Assembly: GCA_041662665.1 (NCBI GenBank) | Contig: JBAZSC010000003.1 | Coordinates: 4,603 to 68,602, forward strand | Reading direction: 5' to 3' | DNA: 64,000 nucleotides | DNA from: Patescibacteria group bacterium | GTDB lineage: Bacteria; Patescibacteriota; JABMPQ01; JAQVVF01 | Part shown: positions 40,851 through 49,658 of the stretch, in pieces | Layout of the letters: each line of letters starts with the position of its first letter | Numbering within the stretch: position 1 is the first letter of the stretch | Made by a program: the position numbers and the translations under genes | The notes under the pieces: model-generated | Seen by the model: the letters and a program-made list of their open reading frames with translations, nothing else | Told to the model about the DNA's origin: nothing | Database searches by the model: none

Positions 40851-41549
40851 ATGCACGAACAAATTGGCGAAATAAGTCAAAAAGATATTATGGAATCAGG
40901 TGTTGAAAAAACTCCAGGTTTAGAAATTGCAAAAACCGAAGAATCAGAAGAAGCTGTAAAATTGTTAGACGAAATTGCAGGAGATATTGAGAATGATCTA
41001 AATATAAAAGCTGAAAGAATGATAATGCTTAGAGAAGCTTTGGGAAAATTGCGATTTAATTTTGGAGCGGAAGGCGAGACAATGACAGCTGAAGAATTAA
41101 AAAAAGTTCCTGATATGAAAGAAAATGTTGAGATTTATGAAGCTATGAAACGAGATTTTCATCTTGGTCGGGCAACACGAATTGATGAAGTTACTTATCT
41201 TACTCCAGGAATGGCAGAAGAAATAATCTTTGTTTATGATCCTGATGAAACTATGTCATTAATGAGTTTAAAAGTAATGACTGATAAACTAGCTGAAGTT
41301 TTGGGTAATGCAGAAGAAGTTAACATAAGGTTACCAAAATTAAATATTTTAACTGGAAAACAGTTGCGAAGTCTTTTGGCAAAAACTAATACTGTTAGTT
41401 TGCGGGGTTTGGATACCGTGCAGGTTGATGGAGATTTAGCGATAACTATAGACCAATGTGCTGGAAGAATTGTTATGGATGACAAGCAAATTGATAGGTT
41501 AAAAGAACTTTTTCCGAAGTTCGAATTTCGTAGAATTATGGGGCATTAA
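40851..41549 (+). CDS. Unknown-family protein, paralog 1 of a tandem pair
   Basis: 232 aa. Shared N-terminal motif (EISQKDIMESGxEKTPGLExAKT) and C-terminus (ELFPxxxFRxxMGH) with the gene at 41612. Confidence 0.6.
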   Translation: MHEQIGEISQKDIMESGVEKTPGLEIAKTEESEEAVKLLDEIAGDIENDLNIKAERMIMLREALGKLRFNFGAEGETMTAEELKKVPDMKENVEIYEAMKRDFHLGRATRIDEVTYLTPGMAEEIIFVYDPDETMSLMSLKVMTDKLAEVLGNAEEVNIRLPKLNILTGKQLRSLLAKTNTVSLRGLDTVQVDGDLAITIDQCAGRIVMDDKQIDRLKELFPKFEFRRIMGH

Positions 41550-41611
41550 TTAATAGACTGAAATTATATAACCTTTAGGTTAAAGCCAAGTAGAAATATT
41601 AAACATTTTTT

Positions 41612-42310
41612 ATGAAAGAACAATTTGGTGAAATAAGTCAAAAAGATATTATGGAATCAGGTGCTGAAAAGACACCTGGTTTAGAATTGGCAAAAACAAA
41701 AGAATTGGATGAAGTTGCAAGTCGAGCTGATGAAATTGCTGATGATTTAAAAAATGATCGAAATATAAAAGCTGAACAATTGATTGGATTAGAAGTGGCT
41801 TTGGGAAAATTGAAGGTTAATTTTGGCGCTGAAGGTGAGACTATGACAGTTGAAGAATTAAAAAAAGTTCCTGATGCAAAAGAAAATGCTAGACTTTATA
41901 GGATAATTGAAAATGCAGTTAAAGAAGGAAAGGCAATTGGGATGGAAGAAGTTACTTATCTTACTCCTGGTATAGCTAGAAAGTTAGTATCTGTTTTAGC
42001 GCCATATCAGATTGCGGATTTGTTAAATCTTAAAGTAATGACTGATGGAGTAGCTGAAGTTTTAGGTAAAGCAGAAAAAGTAAGTATAAGTTCAGCAGCA
42101 TTGGAAAAAATAACATGGAGACAATTGAATGCTTTGTTTGCAAAAACTAATACTGTTCATATGTGGGGTTTAGAAGTGGATAAAAATGATAGGAAATTAG
42201 CTAGAATTATTAATTTACATTCAGAACGAATGGTTATGAATGGTAGTCAAATTGATAAATTACATGAATTATTTCCAGATTTAAATTTTCGCGGACTTAT
42301 GGGCCATTAA
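41612..42310 (+). CDS. Unknown-family protein, paralog 2 of a tandem pair
   Basis: 232 aa, about 50% identical to 40851..41549 along the full length. Confidence 0.6.
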   Translation: MKEQFGEISQKDIMESGAEKTPGLELAKTKELDEVASRADEIADDLKNDRNIKAEQLIGLEVALGKLKVNFGAEGETMTVEELKKVPDAKENARLYRIIENAVKEGKAIGMEEVTYLTPGIARKLVSVLAPYQIADLLNLKVMTDGVAEVLGKAEKVSISSAALEKITWRQLNALFAKTNTVHMWGLEVDKNDRKLARIINLHSERMVMNGSQIDKLHELFPDLNFRGLMGH

Positions 42311-42323
42311 TTAAAGTTTTATT

Positions 42324-43400
42324 ATGCAAAAATATATACTAGTTATAAATTCAGGTTCAACTTCTTTAAAATACAAATTATTTTTAGAGACTGATTTAAA
42401 GATGATTAGATCTGGATATATTGAACACATTGGTGAAAGTGAAATTAAAGATCATGAGCAAGCTTTTGGAATAGTTTTGGAAGAAATCAAAGATTATAAA
42501 AATGATATTGTAAAAATTGGACATCGAGTTGTGCATGGAGGAACTAAGTTTGTAGAGCCAACAAAGATTGATGAAAACGTTTTGAAAGAATTAGAAGAAG
42601 TAAGTAAATTAGCGCCATTACATAATCCAGCAAATTTAATGGGAATTAAGGCATCTATGAAATTATTGCCAAATGTTTTAAATGTTGCTGTTTTCGATAC
42701 TGCTTTTCATCAAAGTATTCCAGAAAAAGCGTGGAGATATGCGATTGATGATAAATATTTTAAACAATATGGAGTGAGGCGATATGGATTTCATGGGATA
42801 TCACATGAATATGTTTGTGGACAAGTTAAAAGTCAAAAGTCTAAAGTCAAAAGTAACAATTCAAAATTAAAAATAATCTCCTGCCATCTTGGTGGTGGAT
42901 GTTCGGTTTGTGCTATTTCTGATGGCAAATCTGTTGATACTTCGATGGGATTTACGCCACTTGAGGGATTGGTGATGATGAGCAGATGTGGTGATATTGA
43001 TCCAGCAATAGTGACATATTTGCAGAAAAAAGAAAATTTAAGCGTTGATCAAATTGAAGAAATTTTGAATTTTAAATCTGGAATTTTTGCATTATGTGGT
43101 GAGACAAATTGGTTGAAAGTTTTGGAACGTGTTAAAGTTAATGATAGATTAGCAAAAATGGCTTTTGATATTTTTGTTTATAGAATAAAAAAATATATTG
43201 GTAGTTATTACGCAATTTTAGGCGGACTTGATGTTTTGGTTTTTACTGGATCAATTGGATCTGGAGATGCTTTAACTCGAGAGGCTGTTTGTGACGGTTT
43301 GCCATTTTTGGAAAATGTTGAAGTGACGGCGATTAAGACGGATGAGGAAATGATGATCTCTAGGAAAATTCTAAGCACTAAATTCGTTAAAAGCTTCTAA
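42324..43400 (+). CDS. ackA: Acetate kinase
   Basis: ILVINSGSTSLKYKLF N-terminus, HLGGG, and ASKHD-family fold. Small Lys/Ser-rich insertion (SQKSKVKSNNSKLK). Confidence 0.88.
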   Translation: MQKYILVINSGSTSLKYKLFLETDLKMIRSGYIEHIGESEIKDHEQAFGIVLEEIKDYKNDIVKIGHRVVHGGTKFVEPTKIDENVLKELEEVSKLAPLHNPANLMGIKASMKLLPNVLNVAVFDTAFHQSIPEKAWRYAIDDKYFKQYGVRRYGFHGISHEYVCGQVKSQKSKVKSNNSKLKIISCHLGGGCSVCAISDGKSVDTSMGFTPLEGLVMMSRCGDIDPAIVTYLQKKENLSVDQIEEILNFKSGIFALCGETNWLKVLERVKVNDRLAKMAFDIFVYRIKKYIGSYYAILGGLDVLVFTGSIGSGDALTREAVCDGLPFLENVEVTAIKTDEEMMISRKILSTKFVKSF

Positions 43401-43450
43401 GGTCGCTTTTAACTTCTAAGCAAATTCAAAGAACAAAAATATAAATATAC

Positions 43451-43550
43451 GAAGAGGCTCAGCCTTTTATTTAAATTGTTGGTTTGTGTTTTTAATAAAG
43501 TTGATTTTAAATGTAATTGCTTAGTTTTTTTAATAAAAGGCTGAGCCTCT
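43451..43550. repeat. Long-range inverted repeat directly upstream of recJ
   Basis: aagaggctcagccttttatttaaa ... ttaataaaaggctgagcctctt (about 19-bp stem, about 55-nt loop). Confidence 0.5.
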
Positions 43551-43557
43551 TAAGATT

Positions 43558-45293
43558 ATGCAAAGACTTTGGCAGGTAAAACAAAAAATAAGTGAAGATT
43601 TTATTAATAAATTTCCAGAATTTGATTCTGTGATTTTGCAATTGTTATTTAATAGAGGAATTGATAATCAGAAAAAGATTGATGAATTTTTTAATCCAGA
43701 TTATTCAAAAAATTTATTTGATCCATTTTTATTGAAAGATATGGATCGAGCGGTTGAAAGAATTTTTAAGGCATTAAAGAATAAAGAAAGAGTTGGAATT
43801 TTTGGTGACTATGATGCTGATGGCGTAACATCATCTGTTTTATTAACAGAATTATTTAAAAAAATTGGTTTGGCTGGGCAAGTTTATATTCCTGATCGAG
43901 TCTCTGAAGGCTATGGAATGAATAAGAAAGCAATTGATTGGCTAGCAAAAAAAGATATTAAATTGATTGTCAGTTGTGATTGTGGTGTTTCAAACAAGGA
44001 AGAAATTGATTATGCAAAAGAAAAATATGGAATTGATTGCGTAATTACTGATCACCATCATGTTCCTATAGATTTTGATAAAAAATATATTGTTGTTGAC
44101 TCAAAAAGAAAGGGTGATAAATATCCATATAAAGAGTTGGCGGGTGTTGGCGTTGTTTTTAAGCTGGCTCAGGCATTGATCACTCGAATTAATTTTCGAA
44201 TAAAAGCGAATGAATTTTCGAATGTTAAACTTGAAAATGGTTGGGAAAAGAGTTTGCTTGATTTAGTGACGATTGGCACGATTGCGGATTGTTCGCCGAT
44301 TATTTCGGAGAATAGAACATTGGTGAAATATGGATTAAATATTATAAAAGAGACTGAAAGAATTGGTTTGCAAAGTTTGATGCAAGTAGCTTGCGTTGAT
44401 CCAAAATTAATTAATAGCGACAGAATCGGTTTTGCAATTGCGCCAAGAATTAATTCAGCTGGCAGAATGGATCATGCTTCGGCATCGTATAAACTTTTGA
44501 TTACAGAAGATTTGGAAAAAGCAGTTTGGTTGTCTAAAAAAATCGATAAGACAAATTCAAGCCGGCAATCTTTGACAAGTAAATTAGTTGATGAGGCAAA
44601 AAAGAAAATTGGCGATGTCAAAGATCAAAAAGTATTAATGGCATCTGGTGGAAATGGCCTTTGGGCGTTGTAGGTATTGTGGCTGGCAGGATTTGTGAAG
44701 AATATAATCGGCCAACTTTGATTTGTGGTAAGGGCTTGATTGAATCTGTTGGATCAGCTAGAAGTATTCCTGCTTTTGATATTATTGACGCTATTTCTTC
44801 TTGTAAAAATTTGTTATTAGAATATGGCGGACATAAACAAGCAGCTGGCTTTTCTTTGAAAAATGAAAATTTTGAAAAATTTCATAAAAAATTAGAAAAA
44901 ATTGCAACAGAAAAAATAGATGAAAAAGATTTACAGCCAGTAATTGAAATTGACAGCGAAGTTGATTTTAAAGATGTGAATTGGAATTTGTATGAAAGAT
45001 TATTAGATTTTGAACCTCATGGAATTGGAAATCGAAAGCCGGTTTTTTTGGCAAAAGATATTCAAGTTATTAATGCTTATCCTGTTGGCAAAACAAAAAA
45101 GCATTTAAAAATGAAAATTAAGTCTAATTCCGATAGTCGGATTTTTGATGTGATTGGTTTTAATCATGGACATAGAGTAGAGGAGTTAAATAAAAAAGGT
45201 AAAATGGATATTGTTTTTAATTTGGATTGTAATGAATGGAATGGAGAAAAGATTTTGCAGTTGAGACTTGTTGATTTTAGGATTTCACTCTAA
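43558..45293 (+). pseudogene. recJ: Single-stranded-DNA exonuclease RecJ, split into two ORFs (43558..44673 and 44661..45293) by a frameshift near 44650-44662
   Basis: N-terminal ORF carries DHH motifs (GDYDADGVTS, ITDHHH). C-terminal ORF carries DHHA1 (GGHKQAAGF). The canonical ...WxPGVVGIVAGRI junction appears as WKWPLGVVGIVAGRI in the shifted frame. Could be a real pseudogene, a sequencing error or a slippage site. Confidence 0.7.
44181..44230. repeat. TCGAAT-rich repeat inserted in-frame within recJ
   Basis: cactcgaattaattttcgaataaaagcgaatgaattttcgaatg encodes ITRINFRIKANEFSN. Its 22-nt core aattttcgaataaaagcgaat recurs at 45296 just after the recJ stop. Confidence 0.65.
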
Positions 45294-45295
45294 TA

Positions 45296-45360
45296 AATTT
45301 TCGAATAAAAGCGAATTCATTAAAAAATTTCTATTCAAAATTTTTTAATTCGAATGATGT
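45296..45360. repeat. TCGAAT-rich repeat, intergenic copy
   Basis: aattttcgaataaaagcgaattcattaaaaaatttc...aattcgaatg. Confidence 0.6.
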
Positions 45361-45371
45361 TCCGATAACTT

Positions 45372-45441
45372 TTTGTGGATAATATTTTATTCTAGATATG
45401 GTATACTTAGATTATCTAAAATTGGTATAATTAAAACAAAT
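45372..45441 (+). promoter_or_regulatory. Conserved upstream region shared with the surface-protein gene at 22718
   Basis: ttttgtggataatattttattctagatatggtatacttagattatctaaa, about 90% identical to 22650-22700. Confidence 0.55.
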
Positions 45442-47856
45442 ATGTATTTTTTTAATACAAAAATAAACAAAAAAGTACGAGGGGGGGGGCTTAATGGAAA
45501 GGTAAAATTTTTTAGTATTTCAAAATACAAGATTCTTTTGAGTCTTTTTTTTGTTTTGGGGGTTTGTTTTTGTTTTGGTAAAATAACGTTTGCTTATCCA
45601 CCCTATACACCAAATTCTGATTTAGTTGTTGTGGGTCCTTATGATACTGCACCAACAAGTGGAGTAAAAAATATAGGTGATGGAGTAGGCGATGGAGTTG
45701 CTAAACGTTATTGGTTAAACGGCGGTCAAAAATACAGAATTCGGCAGAATGGAACCATTAGTAAAGCTAAGGTCTGGGTACCAAACTCTAATGGAACATT
45801 TACTTTTTTTCAAATTCAAATATGGAGACCAAATGGAACAAATTTTGATTTAGTAGGAGAATCGGAAAATTTTTATTCTTCAATTACAAAAAATCAAGTT
45901 AATGAGATCACTTTATCTTCTCCTATCTCCAATGTTCAAGAAGGAGATTATTATGGAATTGTAATTTCGATGAATGGTGATACTGGGTCAATGTATGCAA
46001 GAAGTGGTTTGACCGGAGTCAATCTATACTATACTTCGACGACGCCTAGTGATACTAATTATAATTGGTTGGCAAATTCTAAACTATCAGGATATGCTAT
46101 TCCACTAGAATTATATATGCAAGCGCCACAGGGTGTTTTTATCGGTGATTCTATTGTGGCTGGTCATCCTGCTAATTATAGTTTCTTAGAAACTACAGCA
46201 ACAACAGATATTAGTTCTACTATTGAGAAACAATTTAGTAATCTTACAGGATATACTTATCAAAATATGGGTATTGGTTCACAGACAACTTCTAACATAT
46301 CTGCTCGTTTTACCAATGATGCATTAAATTTAAAACCTAGATTTATAGTAGTTGAAGGAGGAGTAAATGATTTAGCTGGAAGTGTAGATAAGTCTGTTTT
46401 TATTGCAAATTGGACGAGCATGTTGGATGCGGTACAAGCAGATGATGATATAACAACAATAATAATTTTGAAAATCTTACCTTGGACAGATGGAACAAAT
46501 ATTCAAATGCAAACTAGAGATGATTGGAACGCATCATTAGTTACTTTGTCATCAGGATATTCAAAGGCTATAGTTGTTGATGCGAGTACTTATGTGGGGC
46601 AGTTTCGTGCAGGTGGTGATGTTGGAAATCTTTGGGATATACAACTCGCTTATGATGAGTCGGGAGTACATTTTAATCAAGCAGGAAATTCTCAAATAGC
46701 ACAAGCAATTGCCGATGCATTAGATAGTGATGCTCCAGTTACAACTGCTCTTCCATTAGGGGGAATATATAACAGTTTTAAAACAGTAACTTTATCTTGT
46801 GATGATGGTAGCGGACAAGGATGTAATAAAACATATTACACAATTGACGGGACAGATCCAACTACAAGCTCACCTGAATATACTGTTCCTCTAGATATTT
46901 CTTCTAATACTACTTTAAAATTCTTTTCAGTTGATGTTGTTGATAACCAAGAATCAGTAAAAACAGAAGTTTATGTTATTGACACAGAATCACCAGTAAC
47001 AACTGCTACTCCAGCTGGTGGAACATACGATAGCGTTCAAGTAGTTACTTTGACAACAGATGAAGCAGCAACAACATATTACACATTAGATGGCACAGAT
47101 CCAACAATTTTATCGTTAGTCTATTCTTTGCCAATCACAATTTCTGAAACATCAGTTCTTAAATTTTTTTCAGTTGATAATGTTGGAAATTCCGAAAGTG
47201 TAAAAACTGAAGAATATATTATTAATACTGAAGCTCCATTTATTCCTTTCATTGAAAAACTTAATTTAGAAAACGTAATTCTAAATCAAACCTATCAAAG
47301 TCAACAAAACAATGCAGATCTTCTTTTCTATCTTCTTCCTAAACAAAAAGTAATCAAAGATCTATATATTAAATTAATCAGAAACAAGAAGAAACACCTT
47401 AATGGTTTTACAAAAAAGAATAGTTATCCAGGTTATTTAAAACTATTATCAAATATTGGTACAGTAAAAAAAGCTTATCAAAAAAATGTTAATAAGCATA
47501 TTAATTTTAGAGTCTCTGTTAGATATTCTAAAACAAAATTAAACAAGACTAACATCAAAGAAAAGAATCTAAGATTATTTATTAAAGATCGAGATGGTAT
47601 TTGGCGAGGACCATACAGAATTTATCAAAACAAAACAACTCATACTCTAAAATTTAAGATTAGAAATTATTTAGTTAGACAACCGAAAAATCCTGTTCCA
47701 AATCCACTTGATGTCAAAACAAAAAATAGACCATTTGCGCCATCATTTTACTTTAGAACTTTGAAAAAGATTAAATTCGTAATTGCAGAGAAAAATACAT
47801 TATCTAAATTAACAAATTCTGAAACATCGGATAGCCAAGATTTTGATTTTGAATAA
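45442..47856 (+). CDS. Large secreted surface protein: leader, SGNH/GDSL hydrolase domain, two CHB_HEX_C-like (chitobiase/beta-hexosaminidase C-terminal-like) repeats, conserved basic C-terminal domain
   Basis: Leader FFSISKYKILLSLFFVLGVC matches the 22718 gene. GDSL block VFIGDSIVAG, block III GGVNDL and block V DESGVHFNQAG. Tandem ~80-aa repeats (YYTIDGTDPTTSS... / YYTLDGTDPT...). C-terminal 200 aa about 95% identical to the 22718 protein. G9 tract at 45481-45489. Confidence 0.8.
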   Translation: MYFFNTKINKKVRGGGLNGKVKFFSISKYKILLSLFFVLGVCFCFGKITFAYPPYTPNSDLVVVGPYDTAPTSGVKNIGDGVGDGVAKRYWLNGGQKYRIRQNGTISKAKVWVPNSNGTFTFFQIQIWRPNGTNFDLVGESENFYSSITKNQVNEITLSSPISNVQEGDYYGIVISMNGDTGSMYARSGLTGVNLYYTSTTPSDTNYNWLANSKLSGYAIPLELYMQAPQGVFIGDSIVAGHPANYSFLETTATTDISSTIEKQFSNLTGYTYQNMGIGSQTTSNISARFTNDALNLKPRFIVVEGGVNDLAGSVDKSVFIANWTSMLDAVQADDDITTIIILKILPWTDGTNIQMQTRDDWNASLVTLSSGYSKAIVVDASTYVGQFRAGGDVGNLWDIQLAYDESGVHFNQAGNSQIAQAIADALDSDAPVTTALPLGGIYNSFKTVTLSCDDGSGQGCNKTYYTIDGTDPTTSSPEYTVPLDISSNTTLKFFSVDVVDNQESVKTEVYVIDTESPVTTATPAGGTYDSVQVVTLTTDEAATTYYTLDGTDPTILSLVYSLPITISETSVLKFFSVDNVGNSESVKTEEYIINTEAPFIPFIEKLNLENVILNQTYQSQQNNADLLFYLLPKQKVIKDLYIKLIRNKKKHLNGFTKKNSYPGYLKLLSNIGTVKKAYQKNVNKHINFRVSVRYSKTKLNKTNIKEKNLRLFIKDRDGIWRGPYRIYQNKTTHTLKFKIRNYLVRQPKNPVPNPLDVKTKNRPFAPSFYFRTLKKIKFVIAEKNTLSKLTNSETSDSQDFDFE
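45481..45489 (+). repeat. Homopolymeric G9 tract inside the 5' coding region (codes RGGG)
   Basis: gggggggggc in a roughly 30% GC genome; absent from the paralog at 22718. Confidence 0.9.
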
Positions 47857-47865
47857 GAAATTAAG

Positions 47866-47900
47866 AATACTAAAACAGGCTAAAAAAATAGTCTGTTTTT
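47866..47900 (+). terminator. Rho-independent terminator candidate
   Basis: aaacaggctaaaaaaatagtctgttttttt. Confidence 0.45.
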
Positions 47901-47975
47901 TTATTGTTAAAATTGTTAAATTGTTTTATTGTTGATATATAGGAATATTTTTTGTGAATTATTTATTAAAATAAA

Positions 47976-48326
47976 ATGTTAACTAAAACAGATCTAAAAT
48001 CAATAGCTGGCTTGATAAATAAAAGCGCTAATGGTTTGGAAAAAAGACTAGATAAAAAGATTAATAATTTAGACAAAAAATTTGATAAAAAGTTTGATTC
48101 TTTTGCAATTATGGTTCAAAAAGGTTTTGAACATGTTGATAAAAGATTTGAAAACATCGAGCAAGATATTTCAGTAATGAAAACAAGTATTTCAAAAATA
48201 GAGACAGATGTTTCTGAAATGAAAATAAGACTTTCAAAAATAGAGACAGATATTTCTGAAATGAAAGAAGATATCGAATATTTGAAGCAAAAATTGATTG
48301 TAGTTGAAGAAAAATTGATTATTTAG
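47976..48326 (+). CDS. Hypothetical coiled-coil protein with an internal 30-nt tandem repeat
   Basis: SKIETDVSEMK / SKIETDISEMK repeat; direct DNA repeat at 48189-48265. Confidence 0.45.
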   Translation: MLTKTDLKSIAGLINKSANGLEKRLDKKINNLDKKFDKKFDSFAIMVQKGFEHVDKRFENIEQDISVMKTSISKIETDVSEMKIRLSKIETDISEMKEDIEYLKQKLIVVEEKLII

Positions 48327-48469
48327 AACAAAAAATTGGTGGATTATCAAAAGTTGAACAAGAAGATGTTGATGTTTTGGCTGTTGATTTAGAAAAATTA
48401 AAAGTTAAAGTACAAGATTTAAAAGTGCAGGTTCAAAATCAAAAAACATTAAGTTAATTATATTTTTTT

Positions 48470-48913
48470 ATGGCAACAACAGATTATATTGATAGTAAGA
48501 AAACTAAAGAATTAGATATTTATACTGATGGCGGATCCAGAGGAAATCCTGGCAATGCAGCAATTGGAGTGGTGATTTATAATTCTGATGGTTTGGCAGT
48601 TGAAAAAGTTTCTGAATATATTGGTGAAGCAACAAATAATCAAGCGGAATATAATGCGTTGATTGTTGGTTTGCAAGAAGCGCAGAATTATAAAGCAAAA
48701 TCTGTTCATTGTTATTTGGATAGTGAATTAGTTGTAAAACAGATGAAAGGACAGTACAAAGTTAAGAATGAAAATATGAAACCTTTATTTACAGTTGTCC
48801 AAGGATTAATTAAAAATTTTGAAAGTGTGAAATTTACGCATATTCCTCGCGAGAAAAATAAAGAAGCGGATCGTCTTGTTAATTTGGCATTGGATAAAGC
48901 AAAAAAAAGTTAG
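48470..48913 (+). CDS. rnhA: Ribonuclease HI
   Basis: LDIYTDGGSRGNPGNAAIGVVIY, NNQAEYNALIVGL, and DSELVVKQM with a C-terminal D: type 1 RNase H catalytic residues (D, E, D, D). Confidence 0.85.
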   Translation: MATTDYIDSKKTKELDIYTDGGSRGNPGNAAIGVVIYNSDGLAVEKVSEYIGEATNNQAEYNALIVGLQEAQNYKAKSVHCYLDSELVVKQMKGQYKVKNENMKPLFTVVQGLIKNFESVKFTHIPREKNKEADRLVNLALDKAKKS

Positions 48914-49016
48914 ACTAGTTAGATTTGTTAGACTGGTTAACAATCTGAAATCTGACATTGCTAAATTGTTTCATTGTTAAATTGTTTTTTGGCTTATTTG
49001 AGCTTATATAAATACA

Positions 49017-49045
49017 TTGACAAAAATGTATTTTTTTGTTATGTT
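49017..49045 (+). promoter_or_regulatory. Sigma70-like promoter for the RNase P RNA
   Basis: TTGACA (49017-49022), 17-nt spacer, TATGTT (49040-49045); about 6 nt upstream of the predicted P1 5' end. Confidence 0.5.
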
Positions 49046-49050
49046 GATAT

Positions 49051-49618
49051 GACTCAAGTAAGTTGAGTGATTGCTCTGTACATGGTTTGCAAAAATTATG
49101 TGCGGAGAGGAAAGTCCGGGCATCATTTGGAGGTTGGATGTGAGAAATGGGAAATGGGAAAAGAAAAATTCTCATTTTCTCATATCCCATATCCAACTTC
49201 CAATTTCGTGGTAGTTCCGAAATGGAACCAAGTATAAGAAATTGCTAACTGCTAATAGTTTATAGCTAATAGTTGATAGTTGTTTCGAAGCTAGGACCAG
49301 TGCCACAGAGACGTAAACTACCGGGGAACTAGTAACTAGGAAACTAGTAATTAGGGAACTGGAAAAGGTGAAAAGAGTGGTGTAAAAGACCACAGATTGT
49401 CATGGTGACATGGCAATGGGGTAAACTCTACCTGATGCAACCCAATATAAACTGGGGCATGAATTGTCAAGCAATTGACAATCCAGAGAGATAATCACTG
49501 AATCTCTAATTTGCACTAATTTAGCACAAATAGCACGAATAACTATTTGTGAAATTCGTGATAAATTTGTGCCTATTAGAGATTCTACAGAACCTGGCTT
49601 ATAGACTTACTTGAGTCA
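49051..49618 (+). ncRNA. rnpB: RNase P RNA (bacterial type A), unusually long at about 568 nt owing to AT-rich helix expansions
   Basis: P4 strands GAGGAAAGTCCGGGC (49087-49101) and ACAGAACCTGGCTTA (49588-49602). Conserved AAGGTGAAAAGAGTGGTGTAAAAGACCAC. 13-bp P1 pairing gactcaagtaagt / acttacttgagtc. Confidence 0.85.
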
Positions 49619-49625
49619 TTTTAAT

Positions 49626-49658
49626 CTGCCTACGTCTTGAGGGACTTCGGTAGACAAG
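49626..49658. repeat. GC-rich hairpin repeat, copy f, just 3' of rnpB
   Basis: tctgcctacgtcttgagggacttcggtagacaag. Confidence 0.55.

Noticed and set aside
25100-47856. Recent gene conversion as the explanation for the near-identical C-terminal domains of the two surface proteins
   Set aside because: DNA alignment shows many synonymous third-position differences despite about 95% protein identity. This is the pattern of long-term purifying selection rather than a recent copy or conversion event.
48915-49393. Two minus-strand ORFs (48915-49196 and 49172-49393)
   Set aside because: They overlap the RNase P RNA gene and its promoter, so they are not protein-coding.
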